Source of the DNA: Sphingomonadales bacterium
GTDB lineage: Bacteria; Pseudomonadota; Alphaproteobacteria; Sphingomonadales; Sphingomonadaceae
NCBI GenBank assembly: GCA_034668625.1
Contig: JAXDOX010000036.1
Span: forward strand, 62,019 to 126,018
Direction: 5' to 3'
DNA: 64,000 nt
The notes beneath the pieces are model-generated. The model was given only the letters and a program-made list of their open reading frames with translations, was not told the DNA's origin and did not search any database. Position 1 is the stretch's first letter; every line of letters begins with the position of its first letter. Below are positions 38,167 through 47,022 of this stretch, one piece after another. A program made the position numbers and the translations under genes.

Positions 38167-39179
38167 TGCGCCGCGCGGCTCTCGCCTTGCCGCTGCTGCT
38201 CGCCGGCTGCGAGGGCATCCAGGCCGTCGGCCACCCGGCCGGCCGCGACGCCATCCTGATCGACCGCCTGTTCGTGGTGTTCGAGATCGTCACCGGCATC
38301 TTCTTCGTGCTGACCATGGCCTTCCTGTTCGCCGCCTACTGGCGCCGGCGCGGCCATCGCGAGGACGGGCTGCCCGACGATCTGGCGGCACCCTCGAAAT
38401 CGCCGCTGCTGCGCACGGCCCTGTTCATGTGGACCGGAGCGGTGATCCTGTCGCTGATCGGGCTGGCGCTCGCCAGCTTCTTCACCGACCGAGGCCTCGC
38501 CCATCCGAACCCGGAAAACCGCCCGGTCGTCAGCATCGAGCTCACCGGCAACCAATGGTGGTGGGACGTCGTCTACCATTTCCAGGACCCGTCGAAGGAC
38601 TTCCGCACCGCCAACGAGCTGCATCTGCCGCTCGGCACCCCGGCGATGGTCTACCTGAAGTCGAACGACGTCATCCACAGCTTCTGGGTGCCCAACCTCG
38701 CGGGCAAGCAGGATCTGATCCCCGGCCGCGTCAACGACATCGTCCTGGTGCCGCAGCGGCTCGGCCAGTATCGCGGCCAGTGCGCGGAATTTTGCGGGCT
38801 GCAGCACGCCCACATGGCCTTCGACGTCATCGTCGACACGCCCGCCGACTACCAGCGCTGGGTGGCGCGGCAGGAGCAGACGGCGCAATTGCCGACCGAC
38901 CCGCGGGCGATCGCCGGCTACAAATTCTTCATGACCCGGCAGTGCAGCTCGTGCCACGCCATCGCCGGGACCGAGGCGGGCGCCACGATCGGGCCCGATT
39001 TGACCCACGTCGCCACCCGCAAGAGCATCGCCGCCGGCACGCTCGCCAACGGCATCGGCCCCTTGCACGCCTGGGTCGCCGATCCGCAGGGCGTCAAGCC
39101 GGGCAACAACATGCCCTATGTCGGCCTCGACGCCGACGAGCTCCACAACGTCGTCGCTTATTTGGAGACGCTGAAGTGA
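38166..39179 (+). CDS. coxB: Cytochrome c oxidase subunit II fused to a C-terminal cytochrome c domain (caa3-type)
   Basis: CuA site HSFWVP...CAEFCGLQHAHM. C-terminal haem site CSSCH. Confidence 0.9.
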   Translation: MRRAALALPLLLAGCEGIQAVGHPAGRDAILIDRLFVVFEIVTGIFFVLTMAFLFAAYWRRRGHREDGLPDDLAAPSKSPLLRTALFMWTGAVILSLIGLALASFFTDRGLAHPNPENRPVVSIELTGNQWWWDVVYHFQDPSKDFRTANELHLPLGTPAMVYLKSNDVIHSFWVPNLAGKQDLIPGRVNDIVLVPQRLGQYRGQCAEFCGLQHAHMAFDVIVDTPADYQRWVARQEQTAQLPTDPRAIAGYKFFMTRQCSSCHAIAGTEAGATIGPDLTHVATRKSIAAGTLANGIGPLHAWVADPQGVKPGNNMPYVGLDADELHNVVAYLETLK

Positions 39180-39195
39180 CCGTCCGCCTCCATGT

Positions 39196-39279
39196 GTCAT
39201 CCCAGCGAAAGCTGGGATCCATGCTGCCGACGATCCCCGCGACGGAGTCCGCAGGGATTCCAGCTTTCGCTGGAATGAC
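39196..39279. mobile_element. 84-bp MITE-like nested palindromic element, copy A (intergenic coxB-ctaD)
   Basis: The termini gtcatcccagcgaaagctgggatcc ... ggattccagctttcgctggaatgac are inverted repeats, and each is itself a hairpin. Same length and architecture as 44442..44525. Confidence 0.6.
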
Positions 39280-39300
39280 GGGAAAGGGGGAGGCGCGCGC

Positions 39301-41226
39301 ATGACCGTGCTGTCGGGCCAGGACCTGCCCCGCGACGGCGAGATGCTGCAGGGCGCAGCGCTCGCCGCCCGGCTCGAGCGGGCCTGGGGCGACGCGCCGG
39401 GCTTCTGGGGCTGGCTGACCACCACCGACCACAAGCGCATCGGCCTGCGTTACATCGTGACGGCAATCGTCTTCCTCGGCCTCGGCGGCATCCTGTCGCT
39501 GGTCATGCGCGTCCAGCTGGCGACGCCGGAGAGCGGGCTGATCTCGGCCGACCGCTACAACCAGCTCTTCACCATGCACGGCACGACGATGATGTTCCTC
39601 TTCGCCGTGCCGGTGATGGAGGCGATGGCGGTCTTCCTCGTCCCGCTGATGATCGGGACCCGCAACATCTCCTTCCCGCGGCTCAACGCTTTTTCCTACT
39701 GGATGTACCTCGCGGGCGGCGTGATGCTGTGGGTCGCGTTCGTGCTCAATATCGGCCCCGACGCCGGCTGGTTCGCCTACACGCCGCTGTCCGGCCCGCA
39801 ATTCTCGCCGGGCAAGCGCGTCGACATCTGGGCGCAGATGATCACCTTCACCGAGGTCGCGGGGCTCGCCGTGGCGGTGGAGCTGGTCGCCGTCATCCTC
39901 AAGCAGCGCGCGCCGGGCATGACGCTGGCGCGCATGCCGCTGTTCGTCTGGGGGGCGCTGGTCACCGCCTTGATGGTGATCTTCTCGCTCCCCTCGGTGG
40001 CGCTCGCCTCCAGCTTCCTGATCTCCGACCGCCTGGTCGGCACCCATTTCTACAACCAATACGAGCATGGCGACGCCTTGCTCTGGCAGCACCTCTTCTG
40101 GTTCTTCGGCCATCCCGAGGTCTACATCATCTTCCTCCCCGGCGCGGGCTTCGTCAGCCAGATCACCGAGACGTTCACGCGGCGGCCGGTCTTCGCTTAC
40201 CCGGCCATGGTCCTCGCGCTGGTCGCGACCGGGCTGCTCGCCTTCGGAGTCTGGGTCCACCACATGTTCGCGACCGGCCTGCCGCGCATGGGCTACGCCT
40301 TCTACACGGCGGCGAGCATGGCGGTGGCGATCCCGGCCGGAATCCAGATCTTCTGCTGGATCGCGACGATCTGGGACGGGCGGCCGCAATTCAAGGTGCC
40401 GTTGCTCTACGTCGTCGCCTTCATCGTCACCTTCGTCATCGGCGGCCTCTCCGGGGTGATGCAGGCGAGCGTGCCGATCGACCTCCAGGTCCACGACACC
40501 TATTTCGTCGTCGCCCATTTCCACTACGTCCTCATCGGCGGCGCCGTTTTCCCGTTGCTCGGGGCCTGGACCTACTGGTTCCCCAAGGCGTGCGGGCGGA
40601 TGATGTCGGAGGGACTCGGCAAGATCAGCTTCTGGATGGTGTTCCTCGGCTTCCAGGTCGCCTTCTTCCCGATGCACGTGCTTGGCCTGATGGGGATGCC
40701 GCGGCGGGTCTACACCTACCCGGCGGGCATGGGCTGGGACGAGATGAACTTTCTCTCGACGATCGGCGCCTTCATCGTCGCCGCGGCGATCCTCCTGTTC
40801 CTCGTCAACGCGGTCAATTCCTGGTTCCGCGGGGCGATTGCCGGAGCCAATCCATGGGACGCGCCGACCCTCGAATGGGCGACCTCGTCGCCGCCGCCGC
40901 AATATAATTTCGAGCACATCCCCGTGGTCACCAGCCGCACGCCTTTGTGGGACAACCGCGCCGCCCTGCCGGTAATGACCGGGCTCCGGGTCGACGACCG
41001 CGAGCTGCTGCTCACCACCGTCATGGACGCGAGGCCGGAAGGGCGCGAGCCGTCGCCGCTGCCGACCGTCTGGCCGTTCGCCGGGGCGATGGCGACGATG
41101 TGCATGTTCATCTCCTCGATCTTCACCCCCTGGGCGGTGGTGATCGGCACCTTCCCGATCGCCGCGGCCCTCATCGCGTGGTTCTGGCCGAAGGGCCCGC
41201 CGAGCGTGGAGCCGGTGATCGAATGA
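39301..41226 (+). CDS. ctaD: Cytochrome c oxidase subunit I (A-type haem-copper oxidase) with C-terminal extension
   Basis: TTDHKRIGLRY, WFFGHPEVYIIFLPGAGF, HHMFATG. 641 aa. Confidence 0.95.
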   Translation: MTVLSGQDLPRDGEMLQGAALAARLERAWGDAPGFWGWLTTTDHKRIGLRYIVTAIVFLGLGGILSLVMRVQLATPESGLISADRYNQLFTMHGTTMMFLFAVPVMEAMAVFLVPLMIGTRNISFPRLNAFSYWMYLAGGVMLWVAFVLNIGPDAGWFAYTPLSGPQFSPGKRVDIWAQMITFTEVAGLAVAVELVAVILKQRAPGMTLARMPLFVWGALVTALMVIFSLPSVALASSFLISDRLVGTHFYNQYEHGDALLWQHLFWFFGHPEVYIIFLPGAGFVSQITETFTRRPVFAYPAMVLALVATGLLAFGVWVHHMFATGLPRMGYAFYTAASMAVAIPAGIQIFCWIATIWDGRPQFKVPLLYVVAFIVTFVIGGLSGVMQASVPIDLQVHDTYFVVAHFHYVLIGGAVFPLLGAWTYWFPKACGRMMSEGLGKISFWMVFLGFQVAFFPMHVLGLMGMPRRVYTYPAGMGWDEMNFLSTIGAFIVAAAILLFLVNAVNSWFRGAIAGANPWDAPTLEWATSSPPPQYNFEHIPVVTSRTPLWDNRAALPVMTGLRVDDRELLLTTVMDARPEGREPSPLPTVWPFAGAMATMCMFISSIFTPWAVVIGTFPIAAALIAWFWPKGPPSVEPVIE

Positions 41227-41843
41227 GCGCCCTTCCTCCCAAATTCGAGGGCGATCTCGCCCACCTCCCGACCCACGGTTTCGGGCCGAAGAGCCTGACC
41301 TGGTGGGGAGTCGTCGCCTTCTTCGCGATCGAAGGCACCGGCTTCGCCCTCGCGATCGGCGCCTATTTCTTCCTCGAGGGCCTCGAGGACAATTGGCCGC
41401 CCGACCCGTGGCTGCCGCCGAAGCTGCTCGCCGGCACCCTGTTCACGATCCTCATCCTCCTCAGCGAGATCCCGAACACCATCGTCAAGCGCGCGGCCGA
41501 GCGGCACGACCTCGCCACGGTCAAGCGCTACATGCTGATCCTGTTGCCCGTCTTCGCCGGGCTGCTGGTCCTGCGCGGCTTCGAGTTCGCGTCATTGAAC
41601 GTCTGGTGGACCGACAATGCCTACGGCTCGATCCTCTGGGCTCTGCTCGTCCTCCACACCACCCATATCGGCACCGACATGGTCGACAGCGGCGTGCTGA
41701 CGGCTTTGATGTTCACCCGTCATTCGGCCGAGGAGCGGCGGATCGTCGACGTCTCCGAGAACGCCATGTACTGGCGCTTCGTCTGGCTGTGCTGGCTGCC
41801 GATCTACGCGCTCATCTACTGGGTGCCGAGGTGGGTGGCATGA
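41223..41843 (+). CDS. Cytochrome c oxidase subunit III family
   Basis: ATGA overlap with ctaD. Multi-TM, with ..WALLVLHTTHIGTDM.. and ..ENAMYWRFVWLCWL.. typical of subunit III. Confidence 0.8.
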   Translation: MSALPPKFEGDLAHLPTHGFGPKSLTWWGVVAFFAIEGTGFALAIGAYFFLEGLEDNWPPDPWLPPKLLAGTLFTILILLSEIPNTIVKRAAERHDLATVKRYMLILLPVFAGLLVLRGFEFASLNVWWTDNAYGSILWALLVLHTTHIGTDMVDSGVLTALMFTRHSAEERRIVDVSENAMYWRFVWLCWLPIYALIYWVPRWVA

Positions 41844-42169
41844 AGCGGGAGACCCGCGACAATCTGCTCGCCTGGACGGCGCTGGCCACCGGCGCCTTCG
41901 CCTGGTTCGGCTCGCAGCAGCTCGGGTCGAACTGGGTGTTCGCCGGCTGCAGCCCGGGCGACGGGCTGTTCGCATTGCTGATCAGCCTGATCGCGCTGGC
42001 CTTGATCGTCGGCGGTGGGTTCCTCTCGCTGCGCGTCTGGCGGGGCGGCGACGACGAGGCGCCGCGCTCGTTCGTCGCGCTCGTCGGAATCCTCACTTCG
42101 GGCCTTCTCGCCATCGCCGTGATCCTGCAGGGCGCGGCGGGCCTGATCATTCCGAGCTGCTTCGGATGA
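41840..42169 (+). CDS. Small membrane protein of the oxidase operon (subunit IV-like position)
   Basis: ATGA overlaps at both ends. 109 aa with 3 predicted TM segments. Confidence 0.55.
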   Translation: MKRETRDNLLAWTALATGAFAWFGSQQLGSNWVFAGCSPGDGLFALLISLIALALIVGGGFLSLRVWRGGDDEAPRSFVALVGILTSGLLAIAVILQGAAGLIIPSCFG

Positions 42170-43047
42170 AGCGCCTCGCCGCGTCCCTTCTGCTCATCCT
42201 CCCGGCCGCCGCCTCGGCCCATGGCGGCGGAGGGGAAGAAGGCTGGAGCCCGGAACCGGCGGTGGTAGTGCCGCTGCTGCTGATCGCCGGTCTCTACGGC
42301 GCCGGCTTCGCCCGCCTCTGGGCCCGCTCCGACCAAGGGCGCTCGGATCTCAGGCAAGGCGCGGGCCTGTTCGCCGCCGGCTGGCTTGTCCTCGCCGGGG
42401 CGATCGCCTCGCCGCTCCACCAGGCCGGCGAGCGCTCCTTCACCATGCACATGATCGAGCACGAGCTGATCATGCTCCCGGCGGCCCTGCTCCTCGTCCT
42501 CGCCCGGCCGGGCCCGGTCCTGCTCTGGGCCTTTCCAGCCCCCGCGCGCGGCGCCTTTGGAGCGGTCGCCCGTTCGGGCAGGGGGCTGTGGGTCCTCGCC
42601 TCCACGCCGGTGGCGGCGACCATCCTCCAGGGCGCGGCGATGTGGCTCTGGCACATGCCGCCTTTGTTCGACCGGGCGCTCGACAGCGAGGCCTGGCATA
42701 TCGCCCAGCATGTCTCCTTCCTCGCCACCGCTTTGCTCTTCTGGTGGGCGATGGCGCACGGCCGGGCGGGGCGGCACGGCTACGGCCTGGTCGCCATGTG
42801 CCTGTTCGTCACCACCCTGATCGGCGGCGCGCTCGGTGCCTTGATGGCCTTCTCGGCGAGCCCCTGGTATTTCGGCTATGCGGCGATGGGCATGACCCCC
42901 GCCGGCCTCAGCCCGGCCGAGGACCAGCAGCTCGCCGGCCTCATCATGTGGATACCGGGCGGGGTCTTCCACGCCGCCGCAGCGCTCTTCTTCCTCTACC
43001 AGTGGCTCAGGGCGAGCGAGGTCGGCCATGCCGTCGCAGCGGAATAA
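42166..43047 (+). CDS. ctaG: Cytochrome c oxidase assembly protein (caa3 CtaG family)
   Basis: ...FTMHMIEHELIML... and ...HIAQHVSFLATALLFWW... are typical of the membrane CtaG family. Confidence 0.8.
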   Translation: MKRLAASLLLILPAAASAHGGGGEEGWSPEPAVVVPLLLIAGLYGAGFARLWARSDQGRSDLRQGAGLFAAGWLVLAGAIASPLHQAGERSFTMHMIEHELIMLPAALLLVLARPGPVLLWAFPAPARGAFGAVARSGRGLWVLASTPVAATILQGAAMWLWHMPPLFDRALDSEAWHIAQHVSFLATALLFWWAMAHGRAGRHGYGLVAMCLFVTTLIGGALGALMAFSASPWYFGYAAMGMTPAGLSPAEDQQLAGLIMWIPGGVFHAAAALFFLYQWLRASEVGHAVAAE

Positions 43048-43444
43048 GCCCCTCTTCATCACCTCGCTCGTCGCCGGTGCGGTCGCGCTGGCGATGCTCG
43101 GCTTCTACGCCGACAGCCGCTACGAGGCCGCCGACCTCCAGGCGAAGGTCGAGGCGATGACGATGGGCAAGGTCGCCGCCGGCAGGCAGGCCTTCGGCAA
43201 ATATAATTGCGGCGGCTGCCACACCATCCTCGGAATCTCCGGCGCCAACGGCACGGTCGGGCCGCCGCTCGACGGAGTCGCCGCCCGCGGCATCATCGGC
43301 GGGCGGCTCGCCAACAAGCCCGACAATATGATGCTGTGGATCGCCCATCCGCAGCAGGTCTCGCCCGGCACCGCAATGCCCGATCAGGGCGTCACGGCGC
43401 AGGACTCGCGCGACATCACCGCCTTCCTCTATACGAGGACATGA
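43028..43444 (+). CDS. Membrane-anchored c-type cytochrome (quinoprotein-dehydrogenase-associated type)
   Basis: N-terminal TM segment and haem site CGGCH. ...MMLWIAHPQQVSPGTAMP. Overlaps ctaG by 20 nt. Confidence 0.8.
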   Translation: MPSQRNKPLFITSLVAGAVALAMLGFYADSRYEAADLQAKVEAMTMGKVAAGRQAFGKYNCGGCHTILGISGANGTVGPPLDGVAARGIIGGRLANKPDNMMLWIAHPQQVSPGTAMPDQGVTAQDSRDITAFLYTRT

Positions 43445-44415
43445 TCCGCGCCGCGGCCCTGCTCATCCTGCTAGCCGCCCCCGCCGCCGCGCGCGCCGAC
43501 ACGCTCTACGTCTCGGACGAAGGCGATAATGTCGTCCACGTCATCGACTCGGCGAGCCTGAAGGAGACCGGGCGGCTCGACGTCGGCAAGCGCCCGCGCG
43601 GCATCGCGCTGTCGCCGGACAAGCATATTCTCTACGTCGCGGCCAGCGACAGCAACGACATCGCCGCGGTCGACCTCGCCACCGGCAAAATCGTCGCCCG
43701 CCTCCCCTCCGGCCCCGACCCGGAGACCTTCGCCCTCTCGCCCGACGGCAAGCGGCTCTACGTCGCCAACGAGAACGACAATCTGATGTCGATCGTCGAC
43801 ATCGCGTCCGCGACGACGATCGCCGAGGTGCCGGTCGGCGGCGAGCCCGAAGGCACCGCGGTGAGCCCCGACGGCCGCCTCGCCATCCAGGCCGCCGAGA
43901 GCAGCTCCAGCGCCCATCTCGTCGACGCCGCGACCGGCAAGGTCCTCGCCAACCTCCTCGTCGACCAGCGCCCGCGCTTCGTCGCCTTCACCCCCGACGG
44001 CGCCCGCTTCTGGGTCTCCTCCGAGCTTCGCGGCACCATCTCCGTCTTCGACACCGCCTCGCGCAAGCTGGTCGGCAAGATCGACTTCCAGGCGGCGAAG
44101 CTCACCGACGGCAAGGACCCGGAGATATTCGTCCAGCCGGTCGGAATCGCCTTCACCCGCGACGGCAAGCGCGCCTTCGTCGGCCTCGGCCGCGCCAAAT
44201 TGGTCGCCGAGGTCGATCCCGCGACGCTCGCCATCGTGCGCACCTGGCCCGCCGGCTGGCGCGCCTGGAACGTCGCTCTCTCGCCCGACGAGACCCGCCT
44301 CTACAGCGCCAACGGCCTCAGCGGCGACGTCACCGCGATAGACGTCGCCGCGAACAAGGTGATCGGCACCGTCCATGTCGGCGGCAAGCCCTGGGGAATC
44401 GTGGTCGCGCCATGA
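43441..44415 (+). CDS. PQQ-dependent catabolism-associated beta-propeller protein (YVTN repeats)
   Basis: Signal peptide, then repeated ..P.G.A.SPDG..LYVA.. blades. ATGA overlaps at both ends. Confidence 0.85.
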   Translation: MIRAAALLILLAAPAAARADTLYVSDEGDNVVHVIDSASLKETGRLDVGKRPRGIALSPDKHILYVAASDSNDIAAVDLATGKIVARLPSGPDPETFALSPDGKRLYVANENDNLMSIVDIASATTIAEVPVGGEPEGTAVSPDGRLAIQAAESSSSAHLVDAATGKVLANLLVDQRPRFVAFTPDGARFWVSSELRGTISVFDTASRKLVGKIDFQAAKLTDGKDPEIFVQPVGIAFTRDGKRAFVGLGRAKLVAEVDPATLAIVRTWPAGWRAWNVALSPDETRLYSANGLSGDVTAIDVAANKVIGTVHVGGKPWGIVVAP

Positions 44416-45287
44416 TCCTCGCCCTCCTCCTCGCCCTTCTCGTCATGCCAGCGCAGGCTGGCATCCATGCCGACTCATCGGCACTGCACGGAGTCGGCAT
44501 GGACCCCAGCCTTCGCTGGGGTGACGGGGGAGGAACTGTCCGTCGCGAGCTCAGGGTCTGCGCGGACCCCAACAACCTGCCTTTCTCGAACAGCAAGCTC
44601 GAGGGGTTCGAGAACAAGCTGGTGGCGCTCCTCGCCAGGGATTTCGGCGCCCGAGTCAGCTACACCTGGTGGGCGCAGCGGCGCGGCAACGTCCGCAACA
44701 CGCTGAACGCGGGCCTGTGCGACCTCATCCCCGGCGTCGGCAGCAGCGTCGACATGCTGCTCACCACCCGGCCTTATTACCGCTCGACCTACGTCGCGGT
44801 GACCCGGGCAGACCGCCATCTCGACATAACCGGCTTCGACGACCCCCGCCTCGCCGCCTTGAAGATCGGAGTCCAGCTGATCGGCGACGACGGCGCCAAC
44901 ACTCCGCCCGCCGACGCCTTGGCAAAGCGCGGCATCACCGCCAACGTGCGCGGCTATATGGTCTACGGCGATTACGACAGCCCGGCCCCCCAGGCCGATA
45001 TCCTGAAGGCCGTCGCCACGGGCGAGGTCGACGTCGCCTTCGTCTGGGGACCGGTGGCCGGCTATTTCGCGCCCAGGCAGGCGGCGGCGCTCAAGCTCAC
45101 TCCGCTCGCCGAGAGGTTCGACGGGCCGCAGCTCCCCCTCGCCTTCGACATCTCGATGGGCACCCGCCGCGCCGACCGGGCGCTGCGCGAGGAGGTCGAA
45201 ACGGCGCTGGAACGCCACAAACCGGAGGTGAAGGCCCTGCTCGCCGGCTACGGCGTGCCGTTGGTCGAGGACGACACCGCGCCGTGA
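44412..45287 (+). CDS. Quinoprotein dehydrogenase-associated periplasmic substrate-binding protein (MoxJ/XoxJ-like)
   Basis: LRVCADPNNLPFSN... is the hallmark of this family. The N-terminus contains the in-frame 84-bp element (see findings). Confidence 0.8.
   Translation: MILALLLALLVMPAQAGIHADSSALHGVGMDPSLRWGDGGGTVRRELRVCADPNNLPFSNSKLEGFENKLVALLARDFGARVSYTWWAQRRGNVRNTLNAGLCDLIPGVGSSVDMLLTTRPYYRSTYVAVTRADRHLDITGFDDPRLAALKIGVQLIGDDGANTPPADALAKRGITANVRGYMVYGDYDSPAPQADILKAVATGEVDVAFVWGPVAGYFAPRQAAALKLTPLAERFDGPQLPLAFDISMGTRRADRALREEVETALERHKPEVKALLAGYGVPLVEDDTAP
44442..44525. mobile_element. 84-bp MITE-like element, copy B, inside the SBP coding frame
   Basis: gtcatgccagcgcaggctggcatcc ... ggaccccagccttcgctggggtgac, with a central 10-bp stem atgccgactc/gagtcggcat. 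84 nt is 28 codons, translated as ..VMPAQAGIHADSSALHGVGMDPSLRWGD... Confidence 0.6.
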
Positions 45288-46942
45288 GCGCCGCCCTCGA
45301 GCGGGCGCTCGCCGAGGCGAAGCAGGACCCGGCCCTGCTCCGCGCCGCTTTGGCTTTGGTCGAGAACGACCTCCCCGTCGCCGAGTCGATCCTCCGGCCG
45401 CACCTCGCCGCCTCCCCGTTCGACGTCGCGGCGATCCGCATGCTCGCCGAGGTCGCCGGCCGGATCGGCCGCTACAAGGACGCCGAGGCCCTGCTCCGCC
45501 GCGCGCTGGAGCTGGCGCCCGATTTTACCGCCGCCCGCGCCAACCTCGCCACCGCCCTCTACCGGCAGAACCGTCCCGCCGAAGCGGTGGACGTGCTGGA
45601 CGGAATCACCGACGACGAGCCCGATTATCTCGGCCACCGCAATCTGAAGGCGGCGGCTTTGAGCCGCATCGGCGGCTATGAGGAAGCGATCCGCCTTTAC
45701 GAAGAGGTGCTCGCCCGCCGGCCCGGGCAGCCCAAGGTGTGGATGAGCTTCGGCCATGTCCTGAAGACCGTCGGCAGGACCGCGGACGGAGTCGAGGCCT
45801 ACCGCCGCGCCATCCGGATCGCGCCCACCCTGGGCGAAGCCTGGTGGAGCCTCGCCAACCTCAAGATTGTGAAGCTCGGAGCGGAGGACGTGGCCGCGAT
45901 GGAGGCCGCACTGGCTTCCCACGGGCTCGCCGAGCCCGACCGCCTCCACCTCCACTTCGCCCTCGGCAAGGCGCTCGAGGATGCCGGCGAGCCCGAGCGC
46001 GCCTTCCGTCACTATGAGGAGGGCAACCGCATCCGCCGCACTTCAATCGACTATGACGCCGACGAGGTCACCGCCCATGTCGACCGCTCGATCGCCCTCC
46101 TCACCCCCGCTTTCTTCGCAGCGAGGAGCGGCCAGGGCTCGCCGGCGCCCGATCCGATCTTCATCCTCGGCATGCCGCGCGCCGGCTCGACTTTGGTCGA
46201 GCAGATCCTCGCCAGCCACAAGCTCGTCGAAGGCACGATGGAGCTGCCCGACATCCCCGCCCTCGCCCGCCGCATGGCCGGGCCTCGGGAGGAAGGCGGC
46301 GATGATCGCTACAGGGAGAGACTTGCGGCCCTGTCGGGCGATGCGCTGCGGGCGATCGGCGAGGACTATCTCGATCGCACCCGTGTCCAGCGGCGGGAGG
46401 GCCGGCCCTATTTCATCGACAAGATGCCCAACAATTGGGTGCATGTCGGCCTGATCCACCTCATCCTGCCCAAGGCGAAGATAATCGACGCGCGGCGGCA
46501 CCCGCTCGATTGCTGCGTCTCCAATTTCCGCCAGCATTATGCCCGCGGCCAGGGCTTCAGCTATTCGCTCACCGACATGGGCCGGTACTATGCGGATTAC
46601 GTCCGGCTGATGGCCCATATCGACGCAGTGCTGCCGGGCCGGGTGCATCGGGTGATCCACGAGCGGCTGCTCGACGATCCCGAGCGCGAGGTCCGCGCCC
46701 TGCTCGCCTATCTCGGGCTCGATTTCGACGCCGCCTGCTTGGCCTTCCACGAAAACAAGCGGGCGGTGCGGACCGCCAGCTCCGAGCAGGTGCGCCGGCC
46801 GATCAACCGCGAAGGGGTCGGCCAGTGGCGCGCCTTCGAGCCCTGGCTGGAGCCGCTGAAGGACGCGCTCGGCCCCGTGCTCGATTCCTATCCGGAGGCG
46901 CCGGCGGAGTGGCCGCGAAGCCACAGCATCGCCGCCGCCTGA
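45284..46942 (+). CDS. TPR-repeat + sulfotransferase family protein
   Basis: GTGA overlap with the SBP gene. N-terminal TPR repeats. The C-terminal part has the sulfotransferase PAPS-binding-like motif ILGMPRAGSTLVEQIL. Confidence 0.75.
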   Translation: MSAALERALAEAKQDPALLRAALALVENDLPVAESILRPHLAASPFDVAAIRMLAEVAGRIGRYKDAEALLRRALELAPDFTAARANLATALYRQNRPAEAVDVLDGITDDEPDYLGHRNLKAAALSRIGGYEEAIRLYEEVLARRPGQPKVWMSFGHVLKTVGRTADGVEAYRRAIRIAPTLGEAWWSLANLKIVKLGAEDVAAMEAALASHGLAEPDRLHLHFALGKALEDAGEPERAFRHYEEGNRIRRTSIDYDADEVTAHVDRSIALLTPAFFAARSGQGSPAPDPIFILGMPRAGSTLVEQILASHKLVEGTMELPDIPALARRMAGPREEGGDDRYRERLAALSGDALRAIGEDYLDRTRVQRREGRPYFIDKMPNNWVHVGLIHLILPKAKIIDARRHPLDCCVSNFRQHYARGQGFSYSLTDMGRYYADYVRLMAHIDAVLPGRVHRVIHERLLDDPEREVRALLAYLGLDFDAACLAFHENKRAVRTASSEQVRRPINREGVGQWRAFEPWLEPLKDALGPVLDSYPEAPAEWPRSHSIAAA

Positions 46943-47022
46943 CGTTGCGAAAGCAAAATGAATTGACGGCGCGGCCCCGCGGGGGTCACGCTCGCCTCCT
47001 GACGCAGCTTCTGGGGGAATGT

